Below, piece after piece: positions 37,760-50,700 of a stretch of DNA of 64,000 nucleotides. How positions within the stretch are numbered: the stretch's first letter is position 1; each line of letters starts with the position of its first letter. The translations under genes were made by a program, and so were the position numbers. The notes under the pieces were generated by a model. That model was not told where the DNA came from. It saw nothing but the letters and a program-made list of their open reading frames with translations, and did no database searches. The DNA comes from Nemertoderma westbladi (Eukaryota; Animalia; Xenacoelomorpha), in the NCBI GenBank assembly GCA_032718475.1, contig JAUCBJ010003629.1, forward strand, positions 1 to 64,000, in the 5' to 3' direction.

Positions 37760-38155
37760 ATCCACAGCCACCACTTCTACTGTGTCCACAGTAATATATT
37801 GCTGCAGTCAAAACAATGCATCAGAGCTAGAACTAGCCATCAAGTTTCATGAAGATCTGTCTGGATTTATAAAGGACATTCCTAAACACAATGTCCAAGT
37901 AATTTGTGGTGACTGTAATGCACAAATTCGCCCAGAAGCCAGCAGGGGTTACACCTATAACTTCAGTATGAACAGAAGTGGCTGCTTACTCTTAGATCTA
38001 ATGGAAGAATGTGAATTGATTCCATCAAACACCACATTTGAAAAAAGTAAGGTAAGCTGTGGACCTTAAATTACTGTGGACCTGATAAAACCAATGTACA
38101 GCTGGATAATTCCTTATCAACAAAAAGTGGAGAAACAACTTATGATTAATTGCCA
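37760..38155 (+). pseudogene. RTE-type APE endonuclease fragment
   Basis: KFHEDLSGFIKDIPKHNVQVICGDCNAQI...LLLDLMEECELIPSNTTFEK, then ..INKKWRN. Confidence 0.75.
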
Positions 38156-38174
38156 GGGGCCGGCGCCAAGAAGC

Positions 38175-40030
38175 TCCACTACAACTACTACTACTAGGAT
38201 CGGCATGCTGCATTGCAGCTGCATTTTTAAGAATGCTGTGCCGGCTTGTCGACAAAATTGCGCCGCTACAACTCGCTATCACCCGTGACATTTGCTAGAT
38301 CATCTGCATCTTCAAGGCCAGTGTCCTTTAAGATGCGTCTCAAGAAAGTCATGGGCTGTCCACCTTGCTTATTTAATCCATGAGGCAACCAAAGCACAAG
38401 ATTATGCACTGGCTGGTCCTCACGACGGAAGCAAGCTTGGGGGAACCAATGAGACACCTCCAATGTCATATAGTGTCTTGTTGGAGATGTGTGCATTGTA
38501 CTTGACACAATGAACCCGCCCTAGCATTCTTGTGTATGTGCCATCCAAAGATTTGGTGTCCTCAGCAGTTAGAGCCCAGCATCGACTCCCATAGAGGAGT
38601 ACTGGAAATACTGCTGCTCTAAATAATTGGACCCTAAGTTTCCGATTAATTCTCTGTGACTTACAAATCCTGGAAAGCCTATTCAAGCTGCCCATGCCTT
38701 TGCCTTATGTATTTGTAGGTACCTGTCTTCCGAATTCATGATCCCAGGTAACAGAAGTCGTCCACATGCTCTAGCAAACCATCCGGTGAGCTTATGCTCA
38801 TCTCGTAGAGACTTGGTGAGGACTTTCAGAGTTAACTGTCAAAATTTTGGTCTTTTTGGAGTTAATAAAAAGACCAACACTAGAAGCAGCCTGTTCTAAT
38901 GAGCTGAGGAGTCGTTGGGCTCCCTCTAGTGATTCTGAGAGTACTCGTAAGTCATCAGCAAAGTCTAGATCAGTTAGGTACTTGGCAGGATTTCCTCTCA
39001 GACTTCTGGAGCCAGTAGGTGGAGTTACCATCACCCCATTATCATTATGATGATCTAAGGAAATGCATAGAATATAGTCAACCACAATTATGAACAAGAA
39101 TGGCGCAAGTGTGTCTCCTTGGAGGACTCCCCATAATACTTCAAATGGTTCTGTGTCACCATCAACAGTAGACACAAATGTTGTCGAACCATCGTATACA
39201 TCTGATTGCTGCAATAATTTCATCAGGAATCTCATATAATGAAAGTATGCTGAACATACGTGAGCGAGAGACTGAAGCAAAGGCCTTGAAGAAGTCAACA
39301 AAGATAACAGCCAGATGCCTGTCTTTCTTATTTGATTACTCTTCAATTATAATCATCAGTGCCAAAATGGGCTCCATAGTTCCGCGACCTTTACGGAATC
39401 CATTCTGATTTCCACAGAGCAGTCTTTCAATTGGATCCCTGAGGCGATTTAATATAATTCTATTGTATAGCTTTGCAGCAATAGAGATCAATGAGATTCC
39501 CCGAAAAGAACCATATTGTTTTAGGTTGCCCTTCTTGGGAACTGGTACCAACTTATTTGTTTTCATTTCTTGTGGGACTCTTGTTATTCTGTACATGTCT
39601 AGTATGATGGGATTGATGGGCTTTAAACACGCAGGTATTTTAAAAACCTCAGGGGGAACACCATCTACTCCACTGGTACGATTGGTCTTAATGCTCTTTG
39701 CAGCAGCCTTCACTTCTGCAAAGGAGATATTGCAAATAAATGGGAATATCTGGGAGTACAGACTCAGATACTTTTACTTCTATAAAGTCATCAGGCAATA
39801 CCCTGTCATTATTGAAGAGCTTTTCAACCGTTGAGGCGATTGGCTGGTGATTCTGCCTTAACCTTGGTGGTTGGTTGGCTTTTCCGCCCAGTAAGGAAGT
39901 TGATCGATTTCCAAGCCTGGGATGATTGCCTGCTGACATCAGCATCATTGATGGCATCAACCTGCCAAGAAGCTCTGTTACTGTTAATGACGCTGTTAGT
40001 GAAGTTGGTGACTGCCTTGAAACCTCCATT
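38175..40030 (-). mobile_element. 5'-truncated degenerate RTE LINE (RT domain)
   Basis: SGVDGVPPEVFK, VPKKGNL, FRGISLISIAAKLYNRI, QNGFRKGRGT, GVLQGDTLAPFLF, DLDFADDL, LLYGSRCWALT. (TAG)n tail at 38175-38195. Confidence 0.9.
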
Positions 40031-41974
40031 AATTATTCCTATGTTAACTTAACGGAATCCAGCTTCATGAAGCTCTGTTAAGTTAATGGATTAATGTAAT
40101 TATTTAGTTTATTTAGTTATTTCAATTAAGGGATTTATATATGTGAAGAGTATATATGTGAGGCTACTTTAAGATTCCGTTAAGAACTTTCATTTATGGT
40201 TTTACAGTACACCTAAACTGAATTTGGTACCAGTAACAATGTGGCGTATTGCTGCTAATAATAATAATATATTTTATTCTTTAACTCGAGGATTATAAGA
40301 TAATTGCATGATGCAGCCGAGGAAAACAGCAACCATAACTGATGGTTATTTAGATTTAGAATCGAGAATGTTTCGCCTATGGTTTGACCCTTAAAGATAA
40401 ACTTAAAGATATGGAATTTTTCAATGGAATCGCTATACAAAAGAAGTTGTATTTTTATGTAGATTTATGTGGTAGACTCAGTGCGCCTCTAGAAAGAATG
40501 ACGCATAGGTCTAATAGTCAATCTGTGGAAACTTAAAGATGAAATAAAATGACGAAATTATTTCGATTACTCGCGATTTCCCAGGATTATAGGTTGTGTT
40601 GTTGGCTGCCATATCTGAATAAAGGTAGACCCTAAGAACGCTATAATGTGGCGCATAAAAGGACTAAGTCATCTATAGAAAGATGTAACAGCAAACTGAA
40701 AATGCGACTTCAGGTTCTAGCAGGTTTGATAAAAATAATGATTTTATAAAAAAAATCAAAAAGGTCAGATTTATTTGATTTAAATCAGATTTTTTTATAT
40801 TTAAGAGGAATAACCTTTACTCCACTAAAGGCATCAAAAATCATAATGGCGTGTGTTTGTCTCCATAACTGGGCAGAAAAACACAGTTTGCAAAGACAAC
40901 AGACACCCTCCATAATCCTGAAGTTTTAGGTCAAGGAGTGACTAGGAACGATTTAGTAACAATGTGTTTTCTTACATATGAACATTAATATTAAGTAAAT
41001 TGTGTCACTGAATATTCTTAGTTGCCTTATATTGTATTATATTATAGGTACAATACAGTACTATCAAAATAATACATAATAGGCCTACTTTAATAATTTA
41101 ATTTTAACTCGTAGAAAAACAATTTAATTGAAATACGATTCTTTGCAGATGATTAAGGCTGCTGTAACTATTGTATTTCTTCAGAGATGTTGAAGGGTTG
41201 GAATATTCATAATACTGATTCTTATTGGTGTTATTTACTATTATTATTTACTACTATATATTATTGGTTTGATTTGCTTGTAGGCTTTACTTTTTCTTTT
41301 ATTATTTACCTATGTGGCTGGTTGCGAGAAAAGGGACTGGGGACCACATGGTCGATTTTGCGTTTTTAGGCCTATTAGATGCAGAATTTTCTGGGCTTTC
41401 CGAATATCGAACTAGTTTTTTCATATCGTTTTTCGTTAAAAAGTTATGAGTGTTTAAACAAAAATTTAAAAACGCAGGTCCCTTTTCTTGCAACCAATGT
41501 TAATTTCTTGATGTGGTCCCTTTCTGGCATCCATCTCAGGTATTTTTCGTGCTAAAATGTTCAAATGTTTTTATAATTCACTAAAATTAATTTTTTTGCG
41601 CTATATATAGCGGTTGTTTTGCACACTGATCACAAATATGACACTCAGAAATTTCGTATTATCCAACCAAATTCGCTTTTTGCAATTTGAAATGTTTGCT
41701 ACTTGTAATTTTCGTCCCACCAGACAAGCACCAAAATTGACAGTTGTGTTACCACGAATGATTTGTAACGTGTTGTATCGTGATCAGCGACCTTGAAAAG
41801 AATCAGATCAGAATTACCAAACCAAAGACATAATTTGACAGTTTATAAGTTTGTGCTACTTGTAATTTTCGTTCTGAGGCTCTAGAATAGCACCAAAATT
41901 GGGTTTGCATTACCAGAAATATTTATAACTAGTTTCATCGTAATCAGCGACCTCGAAAGCACGTACGTTCAGAA

Positions 41975-43778
41975 GGTTATATTGAAAAATATCGAGACAT
42001 GAAAAATATCGAGAGTAAAAATAACGCGAGTAAAAACATCGAGTGTTGAAAAATAACGATAATATCGAGAGTTCAAAAAATATCGAGAGTAAAAATATCG
42101 AGGGTAAAAATATCGAGAGTAAAAATACCGAGTGTTGAAAAATATCGTGAGTAAAAATATCGAGTGTTGAAAAATATCGAGTGTTGAAAAATATCGAGTG
42201 TTGAAAAATATCGAGTGTTGAAAAATATAGAGAGTAAAAATAACGCGAGTAAAAACATCGAGTGTTGAAAAATAACGATAATATCGAGAGTTCAAAAAAT
42301 ATCGAGAGTAAAAATATCGAGGGTAAAAATATCGAGAGTAAAAATACCGAGTGTTGAAAAATATCGAGAGTAAAAATATCGAGAGTAAAAATATCGAGTG
42401 TTGAAAAATATCGAGAGTAAAAATATCGAGTGTTGAAAAATATCGAGAGTAAAAATATAGAGTGTTGAAAAATATCGAGAGTAAAAATATCGAGTGTTGA
42501 AAAATATCGAGAGTAGAAATATCGAGTGTTGAAAAATATCGAGAGTAAAAATATCGAGTGTTGAAAAATATCGAGAGTAAAAATATAGAGTGTTGAAAAA
42601 TATCGAGAGTAAAAATATCGAGTGTTGAAAAATATCGAGAGTAAAAATATCGAGAGTAAAAATATCGAGTGTTGAAAAATATCGAGAGTAAAAATATCGA
42701 GTGTTGAAAAATATCGAGAGTAAAAATATAGAGTGTTGAAAAATATCGAGAGTAAAAATATCGAGTGTTGAAAAATATCGAGAGTAAAAATATCGAGTGT
42801 TGAAAAATATCGAGAGTAAAAATATAGAGTGTTGAAAAATATCGAGAGTAAAAATATCGAGTGTTGAAAAATATCGAGAGTAGAAATATCGAGTGTTGAA
42901 AAATATCGAGAGTAAAAATATCGAGTGTTGAAAAATATCGAGAGTAAAAATATAGAGTGTTGAAAAATATCGAGTGTTGAAAAATATCGAGTGTTGAAAA
43001 ATATCGAGTGTTGAAAAATATCGAGTGTTGAAAAATATCGAGTGTTGAAAAATATCGAGTGTTGAAAAATATCGAGGGTAAAAATATCGATAGTAACAAT
43101 TTTTTTAAATAAGGGTTGTATGATAATTTTTTTACTAAAAATGTTCTAGAACAACAATATTTATCAACATTTGGTAGCTTATAAGGTACGTGTTCTAATA
43201 TAATATTTAACAATATTTATAATATTTATCAAAATTTATAGCTAGCACTTCTTTTATAATATTTATTAAAAAAATAGCAAAAACTAGCTAGTATAATAAA
43301 TCTGGTAAATGGGTACACAAGGTGTATTACATAATGCCATTCACTTGCACTGTTGTAACCCATGCACTGCAATATTGTTCCATAATTCTAAATAAAATGC
43401 TCAAGTAAAATGCAATATTTTTACTCTCGATATTTTTCAACACTCGATATTTTTCAACACTCGATATTTTTCAACACTCGATATTTTTACTCTCGATATT
43501 TTTCAACACTCGATATTTTTACTCTCGATATTTTTCAACACTCGATATTTTTACTCTCGATATTTTTCAACACTCGATACTTTTACTCTCGATATTTTTC
43601 AACACTCGATATTTTTCAACACTCTTTATTTTCGATATTTTTCATCAAGTGTTATTTTTACTCTCGATATTTTTTAATCACGTTAATTTTCAACACTCGT
43701 TATTTTTACTCTCGATATTTTTACTCTCGTTATTTTTACTCTCGATATAATTCAAGTCTCGATATTTTTCACCATTAC
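41975..43778. mobile_element. Foldback / Mutator-like non-autonomous DNA element
   Basis: Termini GGTTATATTGAAAAATATCGAGAC and (reverse complement) GGTAATGGTGAAAAATATCGAGAC. Arms are built of 15/18-bp subrepeats in inverted orientation (41975-43090 vs 43410-43778). 9-bp TSD CGTTCAGAA at 41966-41974 / 43779-43787. Confidence 0.85.
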
Positions 43779-43851
43779 CGTTCAGAATTATCAAACCAAA
43801 CACATTTTTTATAATTTTGACATTTTTTTTACTTGTACTTTTCATACTGGG

Positions 43852-46030
43852 TGATAAACAACCGCGACCTCTATACTAACAGCAGAACTGTTGAACAGAC
43901 CAATACCCGTTAATATCCTTCTGCCAACCTAATAAGTTCTCGTCTAACCAATAAGACACAAAGACTGCTCTACTGTTAAGTAAAGGGGCTCAGGAGCGTG
44001 ATATTACTAAATTGTAAGGGTTGCTAAATACAAACCGCTACTTACCGTTAGATGGCGCTAATCTGCCGTCCGCTAATATATTTTACTAAATTTACACAAC
44101 TCCTGCAAAATCGCTTGTTCCTTTCTCTACCGATTGCTCGATAGAGAGCTAACTGTTCGAATCTATGAGCCACGCAGGAATAACCAAAACAATAAACCCG
44201 AGTCGGCTCCCTAAGCTTACTTAAGACGAGTGCGAGAGGCCTTGCACTCAGAGTATTCTTACGCCTAATTCTATCACTATTAAAGCACGCTATTACCTAC
44301 GTCTTTCTAATCGCGAATACTGGAGGTTCCCTAACGTAATGTGTGAATGCGAGAATATTTAAAATATCAAAATGGTACAGTATCTGTTTCTACGTGGATA
44401 ATACCACTCCGAGTCTAAAACTGCCCGCGACTGGCTTTAGGCCAGCAAAATTACTAGCGTATCGTGCGTACCGAATAGTGCGTTCTAGCTGATTGCCCGC
44501 TAATGCAAATAACCGCTCAGCGTGAATAGTTTACAGTACACTAATTATTACCTTAGCTACTCTCCGCTATGCTGCGTACTAATTCTTAATTTTTTACTAA
44601 TTAATTACAGTCACAAATATTTAACAGCGTACTAATTACTAAGAGTTCCAGAATACGTAATTCTAATTTATCACGCAACAGGTTTCGCTAGTAATAGCCT
44701 AAATTGCCGTATTACTTTGACCTAATCAATAACTAATTATTGTAACTAAGAAATAGAAATCAATCAAAGGAAAAAGAGCGCCTATCTAAGCATTCGTAAT
44801 CTTAGGCACACTTCAATAACACACCAATCAGCGTTAGAAATCACAGTTTACAATTGTGCAATTCACTACTCGTACTCCACACTCAACGTTGCAACACGCG
44901 CAGGCCTCTCCCGGGTACATCTAGGATTCCTAACTAACCCAATTCCTGCCCCCCTAATACTAAATAGAGACAAAACCTGGATCATCAGCCCCCTAGATAC
45001 TGTACCGGCGATCGGTCTGCGTGCCGCAGTGTAAGATACCCGCCCGCAACGGTGACCCTGGCCAGCGTTGCCCGCTTTGAATCCTCCGCTCTCTCCTAGT
45101 CGCTCAACCCCCCGATGCGCCCACCGCCCACTGGCACCTTAGCCCTCCATGATGCTAATAGCTACCGTAGCGGCGCATGCAAATCACAAAGTCTGACAGT
45201 CTCAGGAATCCCTTGGGATTATTGCGCAGAAAAGAATCACATAGAACCATCAATCAAAGGTAGAAATCATAGTTCGATTGTAATTTGCAGTAATCGAAGG
45301 AATTATTGAGAAACACAAGCAAAGTAATCGTACTAGCAAATCATTCCAAGAAATTAATCAAAATTAGCAAATTGCAGAAAATACGATATCCTAATACAAA
45401 ATTAGAGACAGCTCAGCAAGTAAATTGTAACAGGGGTGTGTCATGTGATAAGGCATGAACATATGAACAACAAAAGGCCCTACCGGCACACCGCCAATTT
45501 ATAGATGATCCCGATGGGGTGATGCAATAAGGTGACTCAATCGCTCTCCCATTGGCTCTCCAGTCCATGCTAGCATTAAACCAACCTGGAAGCAGTTAAT
45601 CCAATAAGGAGACCGGATTGTAGCCCTATGCCCTCAAATTATTACCATATATGGTAATGGATCACGTCTCTGGCTGCTGAATGGCCAGGACAGCGTCCCT
45701 ATATGCTAGCCCTATCAAACTAATATCAGCAAGCACAAAATCCAGGGTCCGAGTAAACTCGCTACCCTGGAACTATCTACATATATCCTAATACAAAATT
45801 ACGTAGGTAGGGCTACATACTATACAAAATGAATGGATGCAAAATATATGGGCGTTTTAACTTCCTTACCTAAATGTCACCACACTGCGCCTTATCTAAA
45901 TAATTATACTGCACAACGGACTAATATTACGTACAGTATAACGGACTAATACTGCATACTGCATAATGGACTAATACTGCATACTGCATAATGGACTAAT
46001 ACTGTGGATACAGCGCCATATACCGTAACA
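43852..46030 (-). repeat. 3' LTR of element C
   Basis: Direct repeat of 60148-62326; I noticed about six substitutions. Confidence 0.95.
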
Positions 46031-47704
46031 CCGCTCCAAGGGAAATCATATAATGTTTCCCTCCAATTGTAGAAGAGTATAAGGTGATGTATACAAAACA
46101 AAATAAATTTCTTCCAACCAATCTAAATAACATAATAATTCTACTATTTACAAATATTGCCATAGATATTGCATAATGAATTACATACAAATTAAATTTA
46201 CAAAATATTATCTCTCTCACTGTTTAACGATTATTACATACAAATTAAATTTACAAAATATTGTTTCTCGTTCATTCTTACTACATAATGATTACTACAT
46301 ACAAAATCAAATATAAAAATTTTGCTAGGGCAAGTGAAAGGAGTAAGCCAAACCCGCAGGTTTGTCTCCCCAATCACTTCCTTCGCCTCTTTCATAATAT
46401 AAATTCAAATAACTCAACTAGTGTATCGCTTACGTCCTTCTGGGCTCCTCCCCGAGGCGCACCCACGAGGCGGACGTGTTTCCACCACCCCTGGGGCCAG
46501 TCTGACTGATGTTATTATCAGACCGGGCCGGGGGATGGCCCGATGCTTCCCGGGTTCAATTTTCAATTCCCCGATCACACCGGCACAGCTCGTCGAACGT
46601 GTAGCCAGATGGGCGGCTACTGTCAACTTACTGTGGCCTGACTGTACATTGAGCCAACTCAAAGTATAACAAAGAGTCAACCGGCAGGTGGACCAGTCGA
46701 TAGCGATCAAGCACCAAGGTCACCCCTGGGCCTAACCGACGGTCTTGTCCCAAGTGGGCTTGCGCTACCCAACATTGGAATTTTGACACGTTTTCACCTG
46801 CCTCGCCGGCAGTATTGAGGGGACACCGTTCCTCAACAATACTGACTAGCTCGAAAGCTAGGAACAAGTAACCACTTACCCGTCCTGTACACGTGTACTC
46901 AACAGATGTTCACGAAATCAAGTACACTACGGTAAACACAAAATCTGACACATACCATGCACACACAGAGACAAAATCGGGTAAGACAAAATCGGGGTCA
47001 AATCAGAGGGGACAAAATTGTATCGACTCATAAGAGCCGAGAGTACCTTATTTTGCCGTCAGGGCAAAATAACTTTGTGTGCACAAAGTATGCAAGGGCG
47101 CAGTAAAATATGGTCCTACTAATACCAGTGGCGACTGAGCCAACTGGCAAGGTTTCCCACACTCACTCGCAGTGGCCATACACACAATCACGTGTACTCA
47201 CGTACCCACAGCAACAGAAAACTCAAAGGCCCAAACAAATCCCAAAAACCAATCAGCTGAACATGGAGACAATAACATATAGTATCAAAAAAACGGAACA
47301 GCTGATGGCCAAAGGAACCCATCCGAGCCCCAAGCAAACTGCCACTGATCGCCCACATACAAAACCACAGTTCACACCACATGACACCACAAATCACACC
47401 ATGCCACCACCCCTACTGTGTACAGGACTGGCAGTACGGCAACATGCCGACTAGACGGAACCACGGCACCATGGCAATTCATGGTTCGCTAGACACGAGG
47501 GCCATCAGTATCTCCCTTGCACTTAGACTAGTGTTTAACGTGCCCCCAGACCCTCACGAGTCCGCCGCCGCCTGTTACTCGCACCCCTATAGAGACCTCA
47601 CCTCTTTAGGTACGAGTCTAGTCGAAAATTTTCAAATGCTACAATATACATCAGAGCGACGATGATGTATATATCTAGAGTCTGTCGCCCTGTGCCATAA
47701 TGTA

Positions 47705-50700
47705 TTATCGACCCGCTCCTGGGTTCTTTGGGCTCGCTCCTCTCTTTCGTCCCCTTCCCAGATACACTAATCTACCTCTAGTCGACTCCGTTGACGGCGT
47801 CCGTGAGGCGTCACTCCCCGGAACCGACGACGACGTTCCCTGAGCCCCGACAGATTCTCGGCTCGAACTTCTCCCTCGGCCTCGTCCCAATTGTCGCGCT
47901 CCTGTGGTCGCTTCCGCCAACTCTTCCTTCTGCAGTTGCACACGCGCTTTCTCAGACGCCCCCTGCGCCTTGCGCTGCAACCGTTGAGCTTCTATAATGG
48001 AGTGGTAGTGGTCGTCCTTGACTTGACGCTTGTCTTGGACCCCTCCTCCTGGTTCCTTCCGCGAGCCTTGAGCTCCAGCGGTCGTCGCTGTGGTCGCTGC
48101 GATCCTTTGTTCCTGTATCCTCTCGGCGGTCAATGAACCCACTGGCACATGAGTCAACAAGAATTCGTTGCGGTATTGTATAGCCGCCATCCTCCAATCA
48201 CCTCGCGCGCGTACCACTTTTCTAGTCTCCGTAAATACACCCTTCGTGATGCGATCGCAAATAGCAACGAAGTTCCATGTGTACTTATTGTCCATGTTCA
48301 ATTGTCTGAAGTATTCTCGGACTACGATAACTCCAGTGTTCTGTGGAAGGTCTTGAGCAGTTAGGATGAGCTCCTGATATTGTGGTAGCGATTGAAGATA
48401 TGGCTCGTACGCAACATGCGATGGGTCTACCGCCCAAAACCCATATCCCGCTTTAAATGGTAACCAACGCATCTGCGCTTGAATATGGTAATCCGCCACA
48501 CTCTCCCACTTATCTAACATCTCCCGAAGTAGGTTAGCGCTATGGTTTTGAAAGGAATCATCTCGCAGCTGACATCTCGCGCTACGATGTCCTTTTACTC
48601 CACAATATCCACATTGAGAAATGAAGACGGTGCACGTGTGAAACGAATGGTCGGTCTCATTGCACCAACGACAGACCTTATGCGCCGCCTCTATTACCGC
48701 GTCGCACGACTTTAGATTGTGCCTTGTGCTGCCGCACAATTTGCACCTACGCGCTTGTGGAAACCAGGCCCTCTCGTATATGAGGTCTCCAATCGGTTTC
48801 GCACTTCCTTCCTTCCCAATGTCTAATACGATGTCGTCCTCTCCGGTCAACGGTTGTCGATCCGGAACAAAGTAAACATCCTCGCCCTTGTCCTCTATCT
48901 CCAATATTTCCTCCCGCGTTCGTTTCGGATATGTCTTCTCCACCGGAAGATCTACTCCGAACACCTCTACTAACGTTTCCGGCCAGCCCTCCTTAACAGG
49001 TCTATCAGCCTCCGAGTGGAAGGGAGTACCAAACCCGCGGGTTTGATTCCCGAACCACTTCTCCAAAGCTTCTGGCGTCGGATATTCCATCGACGGTCGG
49101 TCTCCCAAATCTCCGATGTTCTGTCGATATACTCCTTCGAATATCGCTAATCCTCTCCTCACCATCGACGTATTCTCTAACGATTGGTTGAAGAACTGGG
49201 TTAAGAAACGCTTCATCATGTCGGATTGGATTCCCCCTTTCGAGCGAACGTATTGATCTCCTCCGAATACCAATGGATGACGCTTCAAAACTCGCGCAAC
49301 GATATCCGCTAATAAACAAGTCACCGTGTTCGACTCAAGCACCAAATAATATTGTAGCGACGCACGGGGTGGCGCGCAAATGTTCCAATACACTAACGCT
49401 TGCCGCTTGAAGTGGGATTTGAACTCCGCTCCCGGTGGCGTGTTGTATTCGCCATACGCCTCCTCATACTTCTTTTGCGTCTTTAACTTAAAGTCCCAAT
49501 TATACAACAAGTGTGCTATAAAGCCCATACCAGTCTTGGCAGAGTTGGGATACTCCCTATAAATTCCAATATCCTGTGCCCATAGCAACAATAGCTTGGT
49601 GTCGACAAACGGTCTCGGCAATCTATCTTCCAGATCAGTCATGGCGTTGAAGTCGCTCTCCAAATCGCTCTGGACTCCCGATCCCACCTTGACGTAATCT
49701 TGGTTGAGAATAGCCTCTCTAACTTTCTTTGGTAACATCCTGGCGTCGATACGCTCCGCTCCGTGCATACCTCCTCGCCTGCATACCTCCAAAATCTGTT
49801 CCCTAGGATCCTTCCCCTTCCGATATTGTGTCGTTATGATGGGCTCCGGTCTCTCTCGATCCGCCCTCACACGCATAAACACATGAGTCACACCATCGGC
49901 CGCACGAATTTGAATACACTTGCTGGTCAAACATTCCTGATGGGACCCTCCTTCATTGTCGTAGAACATCACTCTCCAATCTTGCAGTGATTCCTCCGTT
50001 TTCCTCCACTGACGCTGAATCTCATCTGATGGGGTCCACATGCGCTCGATCGCCTTGTGGTCATCATATCGGGTATAAGAACCCTTCCTCCTCAGCCACG
50101 TCTGGTCTACTTCCTCGTCATCTGGGAATGTAGCCACCGCGACCCATACCTTGATGTACTTATCCAACCATCCGAATAGTTTGCTCTCCTTCCCCGGAGC
50201 TCCAATCTTATCTAACGTGTCGTAATCTGTGATCTGCATTGGGACATCACGCAAGAACTTCGCGCATAAAACTTCCCGTAGACAGTCAACGTTCCAATGG
50301 TCCGCCATTCTTACCATCGGCAAGAATCGTATCGCTTCTCGCGACTCCGGATGATCTACTAATATCGCAGGTTCGGTGCCGTCGGAATAATACACCGGTC
50401 CGGGTTGAGATACGACCTGTGGAACAAATCCGGTCACTCTCCTCGTCTCCTCTTGATGTCTATCCGCGGTCTTATTATACTCCGCTATCCTGTTCTCAAA
50501 TAACTCTTTCGCCTTCGCCGCTCGCTCCTCCTGCCGCAACGCGTCTATGTCGTCCTGATGCTCAGGCGTGAGGCTTCTCACTCGGTGAGGTGAAGTAAAC
50601 GTAGTCCAGGGACTCGAGAGCTCCAAACCCGCGGGTTTGGTACCCGAGTCCCGCGCCGCTTCGCGCCGCGCCTCTAGATCCTTATAGGCTCGGTACAGCG

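Noticed and set aside
36884-38069. Repeat-protein ORFs (TLNSETVGPA)n
   Set aside because: A 30-bp minisatellite fused by chance to an RTE endonuclease remnant.
41969-43814. Hydrophobic repeat ORFs
   Set aside because: Translations of foldback subrepeats.
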